From Fibrobacterales bacterium (lineage in GTDB: Bacteria > Fibrobacterota > Fibrobacteria > Fibrobacterales > JAOPTW01), in NCBI GenBank assembly GCA_051532055.1, contig JAOPTX010000032.1, positions 64,001-128,000 on the forward strand: DNA of 64,000 bases, read 5' to 3'. The notes below the pieces were generated by a model. It ran no database searches and was not told where the DNA came from. It saw only the letters and a list, made by a program, of their open reading frames with translations. Both the position numbers and the translations under genes were made by a program. Positions 10,705-21,433 of this stretch are shown one piece after another; within the stretch, counting starts at the first letter, position 1; every line of letters starts with the position of its first letter.

Positions 10705-11874
10705 ATGCCCTATCGCGTACTACCCATTTTAAAAATAGTCCCTCTGATATTTTTTCTCTTTACTGCCTGCTCAACTCCAAAAGAGGTTATCGTAGACCGC
10801 TATGCCAATGGGGTTAAAAAAAAAGTGACGGTACTCGAAGACACGATCATCACCACTATAAAAACATATCATTTTAACGCTCTTCGTGCAACTGAGTTAG
10901 AAGTCGTTAATGGGCGACCGCATGGACGCTTCCAATCCTGGAGATCTGACGGCACACTCAACCAAACAGGAGAATATATCTATGGCAAAAAAGAGGGACT
11001 CTGGTTGGAATGGTATGGAGCAGAACGTCCATTACAAGAACAATCTTATATAGATGGTATACAAGAAGGCCCCTTCAAAAAATTCTATCCATCAGGATCA
11101 CTTTGGGTCACGGGAACATACATAAACAACCTCCCTCGTAGAACCCACACCACTTACTATAGAAGTGGCTCTATAAAAAACATTAATGGCTGTTTTGAAC
11201 CTGCGAGTCAAACCTATACTGCATATTTTGAGAGTGGTGCCTTACAAGAAAACTACCTCTGCAATGACTCGCTCAAAACAGACCTCTACCGAGCTTACTA
11301 CAGTAATGGGCAAACCCGTATCTCTGGATTTTTTAAAAATGGAAAGCCCGAAGCAATCTGGTCATACTATACCATTTCAGGTACAATCACTTCACTAGAG
11401 AGTTATTACAACAACCAAAAACATGGCCTCTTTACCCGCTTTTCAGCAACAGGGGATACCCTTGCTCGGGCCTTTTTCCACAATGGGTCAGGTATCCTCA
11501 TCACCCAATGCCCCCACAACCTCCACCAAACCTGTAGCGACTCCACCTGGGTTAATGGACTACTCCACGGCATGATTTCATACTCCGATACCACACAACA
11601 GGTTCGACATATTGAACAGTGGAACCAGGGTGTTAAACTTCATGAGAAGAAATACCGTAATGGCACCCTTGTTTTAGAAGGAGGCTACTTAAATAATAGA
11701 CGAGAAGGCCCTTGGAATATTTACTATCAAAGTGGAGTTATTAAAGAGCGACTCAATTTTAAAGATGATGACTATATTGGACTACAACAGTTATATGACT
11801 CTACAGGTACCCTTACCATGAAGCGCCACCACTATGGTAAAGGGAAAAAAGTTGAAGTGGAAATTGTTAAATAA
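10705..11874 (+). CDS. MORN-variant/YwqK-like repeat lipoprotein
   Basis: Lipobox FTAC; many Y.NG...G.Y..G...G.W repeats. The ORF track starts at 10657. Confidence 0.8.
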   Translation: MPYRVLPILKIVPLIFFLFTACSTPKEVIVDRYANGVKKKVTVLEDTIITTIKTYHFNALRATELEVVNGRPHGRFQSWRSDGTLNQTGEYIYGKKEGLWLEWYGAERPLQEQSYIDGIQEGPFKKFYPSGSLWVTGTYINNLPRRTHTTYYRSGSIKNINGCFEPASQTYTAYFESGALQENYLCNDSLKTDLYRAYYSNGQTRISGFFKNGKPEAIWSYYTISGTITSLESYYNNQKHGLFTRFSATGDTLARAFFHNGSGILITQCPHNLHQTCSDSTWVNGLLHGMISYSDTTQQVRHIEQWNQGVKLHEKKYRNGTLVLEGGYLNNRREGPWNIYYQSGVIKERLNFKDDDYIGLQQLYDSTGTLTMKRHHYGKGKKVEVEIVK

Positions 11875-11877
11875 TGA

Positions 11878-12618
11878 CTACTCTTCAACCCATGCTTTAT
11901 AGTCACTAAAAGCCTGTTTGACCAACGCATTGAGGTCTGCAAACTGTTTCGAAAATGGTGGGTACTTACCCCCTGGAATACCAAGCATATCATGAAGTAC
12001 CATCACCTGACCATCACATAATTTACCTGCACCGCATCCAATAGTAGGGATCGATATTTTATCACTAATAAGACCGCCCAGTGCATCAGGAATATGCTCA
12101 AGCACTATGGCAATTGCCCCGAGCTGTTGTAACTGAAGAGCATCATCAATCATCTGTTCAGCTTCACTATCACTCTTGCCCACTTGCTTAAGACTTGTAG
12201 CTGTTTGAGGGGTGAGTCCTAAATGACCCACTACATCAATACCTTTTTCAGTAAGGGCTTTAATCTGGTCAAACTTAGTGCCTTCTATTTTTACCGAATG
12301 AGCGCCTGCCGCAACAAGCTTCTGACCATTTTCAAGCGCCAGCTCTACTGAACTATCTGACTGATAGGGCATATCGCTGATTATATGTGTATTCCGAGCA
12401 CCACGAGCAACTGCAGCTGTAGAGAGAATCATCTCTTCCATACCGATATCACGAGTTGAGCCATGACCCCAGACCACATTTGCCGCAGAGTCACCCACTA
12501 AAATTGCATCAATTTGTACCTCTTCAAGCAACCGCGCAAAATTAACATCATACGCCGTCAACACAGAAATCTTCTGTCCACTCTTTTTCTGATGAATAAA
12601 ATCAATTGGCTTCAACAT
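11878..12618 (-). CDS. panB: 3-methyl-2-oxobutanoate hydroxymethyltransferase
   Basis: LTAYD, ILVGDS, SDMPY, VKIEG, GHLGLTPQ, CDGQV.V.HD. GGAGG RBS before Met at 12618. Confidence 0.95.
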   Translation of the reverse strand: MLKPIDFIHQKKSGQKISVLTAYDVNFARLLEEVQIDAILVGDSAANVVWGHGSTRDIGMEEMILSTAAVARGARNTHIISDMPYQSDSSVELALENGQKLVAAGAHSVKIEGTKFDQIKALTEKGIDVVGHLGLTPQTATSLKQVGKSDSEAEQMIDDALQLQQLGAIAIVLEHIPDALGGLISDKISIPTIGCGAGKLCDGQVMVLHDMLGIPGGKYPPFSKQFADLNALVKQAFSDYKAWVEE

Positions 12619-12670
12619 ACACACCTCCATTTAACCCTCAAAAACATAGAAAATTCCCCATGAAAGCAAA

Positions 12671-12772
12671 CTCTACCAAAGGCAAACAAGCAGACAATAT
12701 CAAGTAATGTTTGCCAAAGGCAAACGAATAACTCTAACCCTAGCAACGTTCGCAAAGCGAACGAGCAGACAA
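12671..12772. repeat. Three short REP-like hairpin units
   Basis: CTCTACC-AAA-GGCAAAC, GTTTGCC-AAA-GGCAAAC (12709-12725) and CGTTCGC-AAA-GCGAACG (12747-12763); units 1 and 3 are followed by AGCAGACAA. Confidence 0.55.
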
Positions 12773-12779
12773 AAAACGA

Positions 12780-12885
12780 TTAATGAGCGTATAAATACTC
12801 AGATATGAGGCATTTTTTGCGACTGCGTACGCGAGTACGTCGAGTGAAAAATAACGAAGTAGATGAGCGTTTATACGCTCATTAA
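12780..12885. mobile_element. ~106-bp palindromic MITE-like element
   Basis: Perfect 16-bp terminal inverted repeats TTAATGAGCGTATAAA / TTTATACGCTCATTAA; central GCGTAC-GCGA-GTACGT hairpin. The right end supplies the TAA stop of the adjacent gene. Confidence 0.65.
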
Positions 12886-13142
12886 ATTCCGAGAGAGTTT
12901 AGGGTGTCGACAATCGACGTGAGCGTCTTAGCTATTTTCGGATGGCTCTCCTCAAAGTTATGCACTGCCTGCTCAACACTCGCCCCAATCGAATCATTCT
13001 CTGCTTCAGCAGGGTCAAGATGCTTTTTAATATCACCAACGAGTACTTCAAGCTGTTCTTTTGAAAAAGAGTCAAGCTCAGATTGACTGTCTAATTCCGT
13101 GTTAAGGTCTTGGAGTAGTTCTTTCAAACGATCGGCAGGCAT
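12882..13142 (-). CDS. DUF4404-like small helical protein
   Basis: FEESHPKIA...IVDTLNSLGI C-terminus; GAGGA RBS before Met at 13142. The ORF track starts at 13181. Confidence 0.75.
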   Translation of the reverse strand: MPADRLKELLQDLNTELDSQSELDSFSKEQLEVLVGDIKKHLDPAEAENDSIGASVEQAVHNFEESHPKIAKTLTSIVDTLNSLGI

Positions 13143-13202
13143 AGAGTCCTCAAAGGTAAGTGATGTAGTTCTATTATACATCTTAAAGCACAGAGTGGCA
13201 AG

Positions 13203-13964
13203 TTAAAATGCACGCACCGTTTTAAGATATTCATAGGATTTCACAAGGTGCATACTCTCACTATGAAGGGATAAAAAAGTAAAAAGAAGTTCTTCGAGTC
13301 TCGGAAGATAGAGAATAAGCTCTTTTGGATATCCCCCTTGTCTCTTGCTTGACCCAACATGGCATATCGCTACCGCGAGCGCCCTAGACTTCTCAGTCGA
13401 ATGTTCAGCGCAGGCATTACAGATACACCCACCCCGCTCTATGGAAAAATGTACCGGGTCACGAAGAAGGTGCATGCACTCTATGCAATACTCAGTATTA
13501 ATTTCAAAGCCATAAATTCGAGAGACATGAACTAAATAGCGACACAATATTAAATAGGACCGTTCTACAGAGAGTTCGGGTTGCTCAGTCAAAAAATCAA
13601 GACCTCGACTCAGCAGTTCAAAAAGCTCTTCTGCTCCCAGTTTTCCGTGATTACATTGCAGTACAATTTCCATCATTACTTGAGCGACTGCCGATGAAAT
13701 CATTTTTTCTGAAAGGGCACTGCGCTGCGTAATAATTGCACTCTCTTTTAAGGTATGAAGCTCTCTCGAATCACTGTAATACACTTCTAGATTGAGTGTA
13801 TTACAAAATGAGAAGTGCACACCTGTGACACTTTTTTTACGTTTTGCCCCTTTTGCCACCACCGAAATAACCCCATATTCGGCAGTCAACACACGCGCAA
13901 TGATTGAAGTTTCCCGATAGGGAATCGTATGCAATACCAATGCACTTAATTTTTGAAGCGCCAT
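13203..13964 (-). CDS. recO: DNA repair protein RecO
   Basis: VLHTIPYRETSII..LT..YG.ISVVAKGAKR N-terminal OB fold; CxxC...CxxC zinc motif. Confidence 0.9.
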   Translation of the reverse strand: MALQKLSALVLHTIPYRETSIIARVLTAEYGVISVVAKGAKRKKSVTGVHFSFCNTLNLEVYYSDSRELHTLKESAIITQRSALSEKMISSAVAQVMMEIVLQCNHGKLGAEELFELLSRGLDFLTEQPELSVERSYLILCRYLVHVSRIYGFEINTEYCIECMHLLRDPVHFSIERGGCICNACAEHSTEKSRALAVAICHVGSSKRQGGYPKELILYLPRLEELLFTFLSLHSESMHLVKSYEYLKTVRAF

Positions 13965-16900
13965 TATCCCTTAGGTCGCGGTGAAGTTTGATCCATCGCT
14001 TGCAAATAATTATAGGCACGAGAACCCAGGGCTCCAGATTTACCATCTCGATCCACAATTTTCTGATACATTTTACGAGCACGCTCTGGGTCACCACTTC
14101 GTTCATAGATTTGCCCAATATCAAAGAGTGCCGTCAGAGCCCACATACCACCACCTGCATACAGATAATTCACTTTGTAATACTCTTTTACTGCCTCGTC
14201 AACACTCCCCAGGCGATCAAGTGTTTTCGCATACCAGTAGTGAGATTCTGCGACACGTTCGGACTCTGGATCATCTAATGCTCTTTTAAAAAGGTTACGA
14301 GCTTTAACAAATTCTTGTGCATTAAACCAACAGAAACCGGCACTTACATAGAGTGCCGCATTGTCAGCCTGTTTTTTAAAGTCCTTCATAAGAAGGTCAT
14401 AGAGTTGGGCCGCCTGAGCCCATTGATTACTTTTCTCGTGAGCAATTGCTGCATTATAGGCTGCGCGATAACGGGTTGACTCTGAGACGCCACCACTTTT
14501 TAAAACCCTACGGTACAACTCTGAAGCCCTCAAAAAGTTTTTTTGCTGATAATAACATGTTGCCATTTTAAATACAACATCCGACTTACTCTGCCCCTCA
14601 GGGTAGTCAGCGACATACCCTTTGAATATATTCAGAGCCTTATTAAAGTTTCCTTTCTTAAAGGCAAGAATGCCAAGATAGTAGACCCCTTCTCCAGCCC
14701 AGGTAGTCTCATTAAACTTTTCTGAAAGGTACTCAAACCTCTTCTGCGCTTTTTTTGGTTCATGACGATCCATAAAGGCTCGTCCGGAATAATAGATAAT
14801 ACGAGCATGCCCTTCAGGGTCGGTATCAAATCGATCTTTGTACTCTTTATACGCATCATGGTATCGATCTTTTTTTCCAAGCATTGCAAGACAGGCAACC
14901 TGTCCGCCCATTGCTTGTGCACTATCACGACTATTCTGTGATGCCGATACCGCTTTTTCATAATACCCTTCTGCATCTTTAAAGCGATCCATCAATAAAG
15001 TCATTTCTGCAACATGATAGTAGAGATACCCTTTTGACCCTTTTGGCGATATCACAATTGCATTCAGTAATACTGCTACCGCCGCCTCTTTCTCACCTGC
15101 AAATTTAAGAAGTTTTCCCTGTGCCTCAAGAGCATCTGCTTTACGAGGATGTTTCGGTAGCTGAGTAACAAATTGCCCATACATATCAGCAGCCTTTTTC
15201 CATTGGTGCTCTTTTTGTGATATCGAAGCAAGAGATTGATATGCGTTATATATTGAATCACTATAGGTAAATCGCTCAATATATCCATTGTATGCTTTTT
15301 TTGCAGCAAGGAGATCACCTTGAGCTTCATAAGCACGAGCAATTTGAAGCTGTGCCTGTTCTGCAGATGTAGTTGAGAAAAACCGGTACTGCACCTGTTT
15401 AAATTGTCGAATTGCCTCACGGTGATTTTTCTTTTTTATATACACAAGGCCACTATAATAGAGCCCTGCTGACTCTATCTCTTTCGAAAGTGCCTTTTCT
15501 TTTAAAAGTAATCTCAAAGTCGGTTCTGCTTTTACAAAAGAATCGGTCAGATAGTATGCTTGTGACACCCCAAGAAGTGCTGCTACTCTGAGTGTACTAT
15601 CTCGATATTCATTTAAGATGCGCTGAAAATACTCGACAGCCTTTAGGCCAATCGAACCCCCAAAGGATTCCGCCTGTTTTAGATATGAATTACCCATAGC
15701 ATAGAGCACATTCGGAATAAAATTACTCTCAGGATACCGCTTTACAAATTCTTGATAGGCAGAGAGATTAAACACCTCCATCTCTAATAAATGATATGCA
15801 GCATCATCAGCATAACTACTCATAGGAAAATTCTTTTGAACCATCTCATACGCAATTCGCCCTTGATATACTAGTTCAGGCACTACACTTGTTCTGTTTT
15901 CATAGCGAGCACGCTCTATGAGGAGCTCATACATTTCTCCACTTTTTAACCAAGCGTAATCCCTTTGCTCACCAACGGGAAACTCAGTAATATAGCGCTG
16001 ATAACTCTTTAATGCGCGATGGTATTCTTTTAAATCTTCTTCGAGAATTCGTGCCACATGGAGTGGCTTCTCAGAATACTCTCCACGCTCAAGAACGAGC
16101 AAAATATGATTCAAGGCTTCGTCTCTATTTTTTAATTTAAATCGACTTAGATAGTTGTAGTGCTTTTGAGCCTCTTTCGATTCAATACTCGATGGATAAT
16201 CCTCCATTAATTTTCGATATTCATAGGAAGCCTCTTTTAACTTCTCTTCATGCAGATAGCAGCGGGCCACACCCAGAGCCGCTTGAGGCGCTTCGGATGC
16301 AGAAGGAAAGTTCTGAATAAATTCCTCAAACACACTAATAGCAACCTTATACCGAAAGAGCTTCACTTCATATATCTCTGCAATTTTCAGAAGCAACTCT
16401 TTTTTATCAATTTCAGATGCAATATCTACTGCACGATAGTATGATTGAATGGCATTTTGATACATTGCATCTTTTAAATACGCATCACCCGCCATGCGAT
16501 AAGCCTGTACATGACCTTCCGCTCCCAGAGCGGTAAGCAATGCAATGCCTTCACGAGGCTCACCCACTCCTATTAAAACTTTTGCACGGAGGTATCGAAG
16601 CCCCTTGATAAAATATGCATCAGTAAAAACCACTGTTTGAGCTACAGAATGTGCTATAGTAAAGTTTTTGGTTTCAACGAGTGCCGAAAGAAGGTGATAC
16701 CGAGTTCGTTCACTCAATTCAGCAAGTGACTTTGAGTCAAGAAATCCTATGAGTGTTCTGTATTGCTCTGACGCATACAAAAATCCAGAATATTCATTAA
16801 TTAATGAAAGACTATCTGTGGAATCTCCTACTGATAGCAGGTTTTTATAGAGGACCGTTGCACTATCATTCTGAGAGAGTTGTGACCAAGATCGAGCCAT

Positions 16901-17521
16901 GAGGAGCCATGCACGTTTTTTGTTCCGCTCCTTCATTCCCTGTTCAAGAGAACGTTTAAGCCATTGAATAGCATCAATCCACTCAGACTCTTTAAATGAG
17001 GTTCTTCCAAGAAGCGCCATACAAAGCTGACGCTCATCACCTTTGGGAAACTGTTCGAGATATTGCCGTGCATATCCTTTTGTCGATTCAAAGTCATTGG
17101 CTACAAAGGAGTAGTGCCCCGCTTTATATAATGCACGCTGACCCAGCACCTTTTTATTGCGCTGTGAAAATTTGTAAAACAAATCACTCGCCGCTCCTGG
17201 CTTATGTAATTTAGTCAAAACATCAGCTCGTTCATAGAGAACTGCACTTATTTCGGTATGTAAGGGATACGATAGGAGAAAATCTTGATAGACCTGGCTC
17301 GCTTTTTCGTATTCAAACAGCCGGGTCAAGCTCCGGGCAAGCCCAACCCGTGCCTCTGGCTCACTATCTTTTTCAGGGCTATCAGAAAGAAATGCTCTAT
17401 AGTGTTCGGCGGCAGCATTGTAGACTTCGTCTTTAAAATATTTGTGTGCGAGCACTAAATCTCGCGGTGTTGCAGACACCAATCCTACCCAGAGGAACAC
17501 AATAGTTACACTTACATTCAT
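13964..17521 (-). CDS. Large exported tetratricopeptide-repeat protein
   Basis: Signal peptide; many TPR repeats (A.Y..G..Y...F...YP); stop overlaps the recO start. Confidence 0.85.
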   Translation of the reverse strand: MNVSVTIVFLWVGLVSATPRDLVLAHKYFKDEVYNAAAEHYRAFLSDSPEKDSEPEARVGLARSLTRLFEYEKASQVYQDFLLSYPLHTEISAVLYERADVLTKLHKPGAASDLFYKFSQRNKKVLGQRALYKAGHYSFVANDFESTKGYARQYLEQFPKGDERQLCMALLGRTSFKESEWIDAIQWLKRSLEQGMKERNKKRAWLLMARSWSQLSQNDSATVLYKNLLSVGDSTDSLSLINEYSGFLYASEQYRTLIGFLDSKSLAELSERTRYHLLSALVETKNFTIAHSVAQTVVFTDAYFIKGLRYLRAKVLIGVGEPREGIALLTALGAEGHVQAYRMAGDAYLKDAMYQNAIQSYYRAVDIASEIDKKELLLKIAEIYEVKLFRYKVAISVFEEFIQNFPSASEAPQAALGVARCYLHEEKLKEASYEYRKLMEDYPSSIESKEAQKHYNYLSRFKLKNRDEALNHILLVLERGEYSEKPLHVARILEEDLKEYHRALKSYQRYITEFPVGEQRDYAWLKSGEMYELLIERARYENRTSVVPELVYQGRIAYEMVQKNFPMSSYADDAAYHLLEMEVFNLSAYQEFVKRYPESNFIPNVLYAMGNSYLKQAESFGGSIGLKAVEYFQRILNEYRDSTLRVAALLGVSQAYYLTDSFVKAEPTLRLLLKEKALSKEIESAGLYYSGLVYIKKKNHREAIRQFKQVQYRFFSTTSAEQAQLQIARAYEAQGDLLAAKKAYNGYIERFTYSDSIYNAYQSLASISQKEHQWKKAADMYGQFVTQLPKHPRKADALEAQGKLLKFAGEKEAAVAVLLNAIVISPKGSKGYLYYHVAEMTLLMDRFKDAEGYYEKAVSASQNSRDSAQAMGGQVACLAMLGKKDRYHDAYKEYKDRFDTDPEGHARIIYYSGRAFMDRHEPKKAQKRFEYLSEKFNETTWAGEGVYYLGILAFKKGNFNKALNIFKGYVADYPEGQSKSDVVFKMATCYYQQKNFLRASELYRRVLKSGGVSESTRYRAAYNAAIAHEKSNQWAQAAQLYDLLMKDFKKQADNAALYVSAGFCWFNAQEFVKARNLFKRALDDPESERVAESHYWYAKTLDRLGSVDEAVKEYYKVNYLYAGGGMWALTALFDIGQIYERSGDPERARKMYQKIVDRDGKSGALGSRAYNYLQAMDQTSPRPKG

Positions 17522-17571
17522 ATTCTATCCTGTTATATCATCTCTTATGTAAAAAACTCTCAGTTAAGTCA

Positions 17572-17919
17572 TTACCCCATTGCGGTGCCCATTTTTCTGC
17601 CACCAAGTACATGAAGATGGAGGTGATTTACTACTTGACCACCATCACTTTTAGTATTCACAATCATGCGAAAACCATTTTCTTCAAGCCCCAGTTCTTC
17701 TGCAACTTTTTTTGCGACCAAAAAAAGGCGTCCAAGAAGTACACTATCACTCTCTTCAAATTCAAAGATTGTTTTTTTATGCACTTTGGGAATTACCAAA
17801 AAATGAACTGGTGCTTGAGGAGCAATATCTTTTATGGCAATGATTGATTCATCTTCATAATATTTTTCCGTTAACATATCGTCACCCGACAATTTGCAAA
17901 AGACACAATTATCTGCCAT
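17572..17919 (-). CDS. Histidine triad (HIT/HinT-like) nucleotide-binding protein
   Basis: CVFC, DIAPQAPVHFLVIPK, GGQVVNHLHLHVLGGR. Confidence 0.93.
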   Translation of the reverse strand: MADNCVFCKLSGDDMLTEKYYEDESIIAIKDIAPQAPVHFLVIPKVHKKTIFEFEESDSVLLGRLFLVAKKVAEELGLEENGFRMIVNTKSDGGQVVNHLHLHVLGGRKMGTAMG

Positions 17920-18080
17920 TTGAACCTCACTTAATATTTCTAATAGATTTAAAAGTAAAAAAATCCCTCTTATACGCCATAAATAGTGGAATATTGCCGA
18001 TTTCTTTTGGTATAATTAACTAACAGAGATACAGCGTTTTGTGGTCTGTCTACCACTGAGAGATTTATATAGGATTCACT

Positions 18081-19274
18081 ATGTCAAACAATATTGAAAC
18101 ACTCGAAACAGAAATAGAGGCCCTAAAGGATGAACTCCTTATAGCAAAACGTGAAGCCCAAAAAGCGCGAATTGCAAAAGAAAACTTCATCGCCAATCTC
18201 AGTTACGAAATTCGAACACCCATGAATAGTGTTCTTGGCTTTTCACACTTTCTTCTCGACACCGCTCTTGACCCTGAGCAACAAGAAAACATTGAAGACC
18301 TCTGTTCAGCTTCCAACAAGCTCATCGATACTATTAATAATATAGTTGATCTCTCGAAAATGGAAGCCGGGGAACTCAAAATAGAATCCACAGGCTTTAA
18401 TCTCAAAAATATTATTGACCGATCCTTTAAAGATATTGAACCGCTTCTTACCAAAACCAATATTAGCCTTCCCGAACTCGATCTCTATTGGGAAGACTTC
18501 GAGAAACTCGATGGCGACCCCAACAGAATCAAGCAGATACTCATAAATATTCTTACGACATCCGTCGAAAACACCAAATCGGCCGACATCAGTTTTGACA
18601 TTTCCATTGAAGAAGAAAATCAGCAAGAAGTAACTCTCCGTTTTGAAGTATTTGACAACAAAACTATGATCAGTGAAAAAACTATTGAAGCAATGTTCTT
18701 AAAATTTAGTGACGATGACATCACCGATCACTCGCTTCACACATGCTCTGGAATAGGTCTCTCAATTGCTGAACATTTGGTCCACCTCATGCATGGTGAT
18801 ATTGGTATCGAGACTGCTGAAGCAGGAACCTCTTATTGGTTCACTTTATGCTTCAAACGAGTTGATGTTGCTGAAGCTGAAACTATTGGTGCTGCAACTA
18901 TCAATAAGAATATCACTATTCTGATCGCTGAAGACAACTCTCTTAATCAAAAAATGATTACCCGCCTACTCAACAAAGAAAATTTTAAAAACCTTATAAT
19001 GGCAAATGATGGTAAAGAAGCATTAGACAAAGTTAAAGAAACGACTGTTGACCTTATATTAATGGATATGCAAATGCCCGTAATGAATGGTTTGGAATCA
19101 ACTGATGCTATTCGCTGCCTCGAAAGCGATAAAGCAGGCATTCCAATTATTGCCCTTACCGCAAATGCAATGGAGAATGATATTAAGAAATGCCTCAATG
19201 CAGGTATGAATGATCATATCGCTAAACCTATTAACAAAGAAGACCTTCTTCAAAAAATTAAAAAATGGGTGTAA
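18081..19274 (+). CDS. Hybrid HisKA-HATPase-REC protein, probable pseudokinase
   Basis: H-box reads NLSYEIRTP (Tyr for His); N- and G1-boxes degenerate; intact receiver (AED, MDMQMP, KP). Confidence 0.85.
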   Translation: MSNNIETLETEIEALKDELLIAKREAQKARIAKENFIANLSYEIRTPMNSVLGFSHFLLDTALDPEQQENIEDLCSASNKLIDTINNIVDLSKMEAGELKIESTGFNLKNIIDRSFKDIEPLLTKTNISLPELDLYWEDFEKLDGDPNRIKQILINILTTSVENTKSADISFDISIEEENQQEVTLRFEVFDNKTMISEKTIEAMFLKFSDDDITDHSLHTCSGIGLSIAEHLVHLMHGDIGIETAEAGTSYWFTLCFKRVDVAEAETIGAATINKNITILIAEDNSLNQKMITRLLNKENFKNLIMANDGKEALDKVKETTVDLILMDMQMPVMNGLESTDAIRCLESDKAGIPIIALTANAMENDIKKCLNAGMNDHIAKPINKEDLLQKIKKWV

Positions 19275-19283
19275 CTCTTACCT

Positions 19284-21389
19284 ATGTATAAGTCTACTAA
19301 GTTCCGAGTCATTACTACTTCGTTAATATTTTTCAGTAGCATATTAGCTGTCTACATTGTTTCCTCTAATTTGCAACAAGAGTATTCATTTAAACAAATT
19401 CACTCATTAAAGAGTGAACTTCAGGTTCTCCAAAACAATATTAATTCTGAAACCCATCTAAAAAAAACTATTTATAAGTCGCTTATAAATGCTCTTTCTC
19501 ATACAAAAGAAATCACTCACCAAGAGTTTATTAATCACACTAATTTTCTATTACAAGACCAGTTCAATAGTGTTTCCTCTATTTCATATATTTCCAGTGA
19601 CTCAATTCTCTATTCAAATTACAACCCCCTTTCCCAAAAGGTTATTATACCTTCAACCTATTCTCAATTTTCAAATTTCCGCACTCTACAAGCGCAACAG
19701 TACGAAATACCTATATTCACTACTACCGAGGCTACGTACCTTTACTATAATTTACCCCTCTCCCAGGGAGGCTCCCTTCTCATAGTCACTAACTTGACTG
19801 ACATTGTATCTCGTATTACCCCATCAGCAATTACGAAACATGCCTTTGGAACTCTCTACATTTGTGATTCTCTTGCACAACCCCTTCTCCATATTAGTGG
19901 CGATACAACTCATGTGACTTCAAACGCCCTTTCATTTGTCATGAAAGGATACCAAAGTCACTGGCTCATTTTTGTCTCACCCAAATCAGGTTGGATCTAC
20001 AACAAATCACTCTTCTCTTTTCATCCCTATATTTGGCCTATTGGTATTGTGATCACCCTACTACTCACCCTTATTTCACACTACTACTTCTCACAATTAC
20101 AAGCCAATGAAGCACGCACTCAGAGTATTAAAGAATATCAAGAACTTGTTGAAGGGGCAAACTCTTTAATACTTCGACTCGATCCAGAAGGAACTATCAC
20201 CTACATCAACTCCTTCTGTCGACGGTTTCTTGGGTATAAAACATACGAATTACTTCATAAAAAAATATTCGATGTTCTTAATAGCAGTGGTAACTCAACA
20301 GGTTGGGACACCAAACAGTTCCTCGCACAGCTCGTTCGGCACCATATCAACAACTCTATGCTTGAGCTTGACAGTACTAAAAAAAGCGGCGAGCCTGTCT
20401 GTATTCTCTGGTCAATACGCGTCATCAGAACACCTGATGGATCAATATCTGAATTACTCTTTGTGGGTCAAGACCACACTGAACGGAAACAAGCAGAGAA
20501 TGAATTAGAGTCCTATAGAAACAACCTTGAAGAACTCGTTAAGCATAGGACCCAAGAGCTTGAATCGAGCAACCGAAAACTTAAAGGGGAAATACAAGAG
20601 CGAAGACATGCTGAAGCACGACTCATGAAAAGTGAAGAAGAACTGACTCTTGCCAAAGAGTACGCAGAAGTTGCCAATCTAGCAAAGAGTGAGTTTCTCG
20701 CAAACATGTCACATGAATTACGCACCCCTTTGAATGCTATAATTGGTTTTTCTGAGATGCTCAAAGATGGATTTTTAAACGGCCAAGAAGAAGAGCAACA
20801 GAATATTTACAAGCGGGTATTTGATAGTGGTACACACCTTCTCTCACTCATAAATAATATTCTAGATCTTTCAAAAATCGAGTCGGGCAAAATGCAACTC
20901 GAGGCAGAAGAGACTGAGATAAACGATGTACTTGAAGATAGTATTCAAATTATCAAAGACAAAGCGCTCAACCATAGAATTACCATTGGCTTTAATATAC
21001 AACCAAATATGGGAATCCTTATACTCGACAGAACAAAAGTCCGTCAAATCCTTTTCAACTTGCTCTCAAATGCTGTTAAATTTACCCCTGATAGAGGTGA
21101 GATTGAGGTTGGTGCTGCTATTGTTACTATTCCTGGTTCTGATATCACCGGAGATATTCTTAAATTATGGGTCAAAGACTCTGGTATTGGTATTCCAGAA
21201 AAGAGCATTAACGAGCTCTTTAAACCATTCGAACAACTCGATAGTTCACTAGCAAAGCAGCATGAGGGTACCGGTTTAGGACTTGTGATCACCAAACGAA
21301 TTGTTACGCTCCATGGTGGTGAAATAGAAGTAGAATCTGAGAGTGGTAAAGGCAGTACCTTCACTGTTCTGATTCCAGCTAAACGATAG
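19284..21389 (+). CDS. Membrane sensor histidine kinase with PAS domain
   Basis: Two TM segments flanking an extracytoplasmic domain, [36 protein letters not shown]. Confidence 0.92.
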   Translation: MYKSTKFRVITTSLIFFSSILAVYIVSSNLQQEYSFKQIHSLKSELQVLQNNINSETHLKKTIYKSLINALSHTKEITHQEFINHTNFLLQDQFNSVSSISYISSDSILYSNYNPLSQKVIIPSTYSQFSNFRTLQAQQYEIPIFTTTEATYLYYNLPLSQGGSLLIVTNLTDIVSRITPSAITKHAFGTLYICDSLAQPLLHISGDTTHVTSNALSFVMKGYQSHWLIFVSPKSGWIYNKSLFSFHPYIWPIGIVITLLLTLISHYYFSQLQANEARTQSIKEYQELVEGANSLILRLDPEGTITYINSFCRRFLGYKTYELLHKKIFDVLNSSGNSTGWDTKQFLAQLVRHHINNSMLELDSTKKSGEPVCILWSIRVIRTPDGSISELLFVGQDHTERKQAENELESYRNNLEELVKHRTQELESSNRKLKGEIQERRHAEARLMKSEEELTLAKEYAEVANLAKSEFLANMSHELRTPLNAIIGFSEMLKDGFLNGQEEEQQNIYKRVFDSGTHLLSLINNILDLSKIESGKMQLEAEETEINDVLEDSIQIIKDKALNHRITIGFNIQPNMGILILDRTKVRQILFNLLSNAVKFTPDRGEIEVGAAIVTIPGSDITGDILKLWVKDSGIGIPEKSINELFKPFEQLDSSLAKQHEGTGLGLVITKRIVTLHGGEIEVESESGKGSTFTVLIPAKR

Positions 21390-21433
21390 TATACCTCTAT
21401 TCAAGGTATTCACAATTTACAACAGATGGTTAC

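Noticed and set aside
10705..11874. MORN/YwqK lipoprotein as a second toxin immunity gene
   Set aside because: No adjacent toxin-like ORF; it lies among housekeeping genes with host-like composition.
12700..12770. c-di-GMP-I riboswitch (GGCAAAC...CGCAAAGC)
   Set aside because: It lacks the GAAA-tetraloop hairpin and the GGGACGCAAAGC context, and it lies antisense to the flanking genes. Short palindromic repeats explain it better.
12671..12885. CRISPR array
   Set aside because: Only three short, degenerate units, no proper spacers, and no cas genes.
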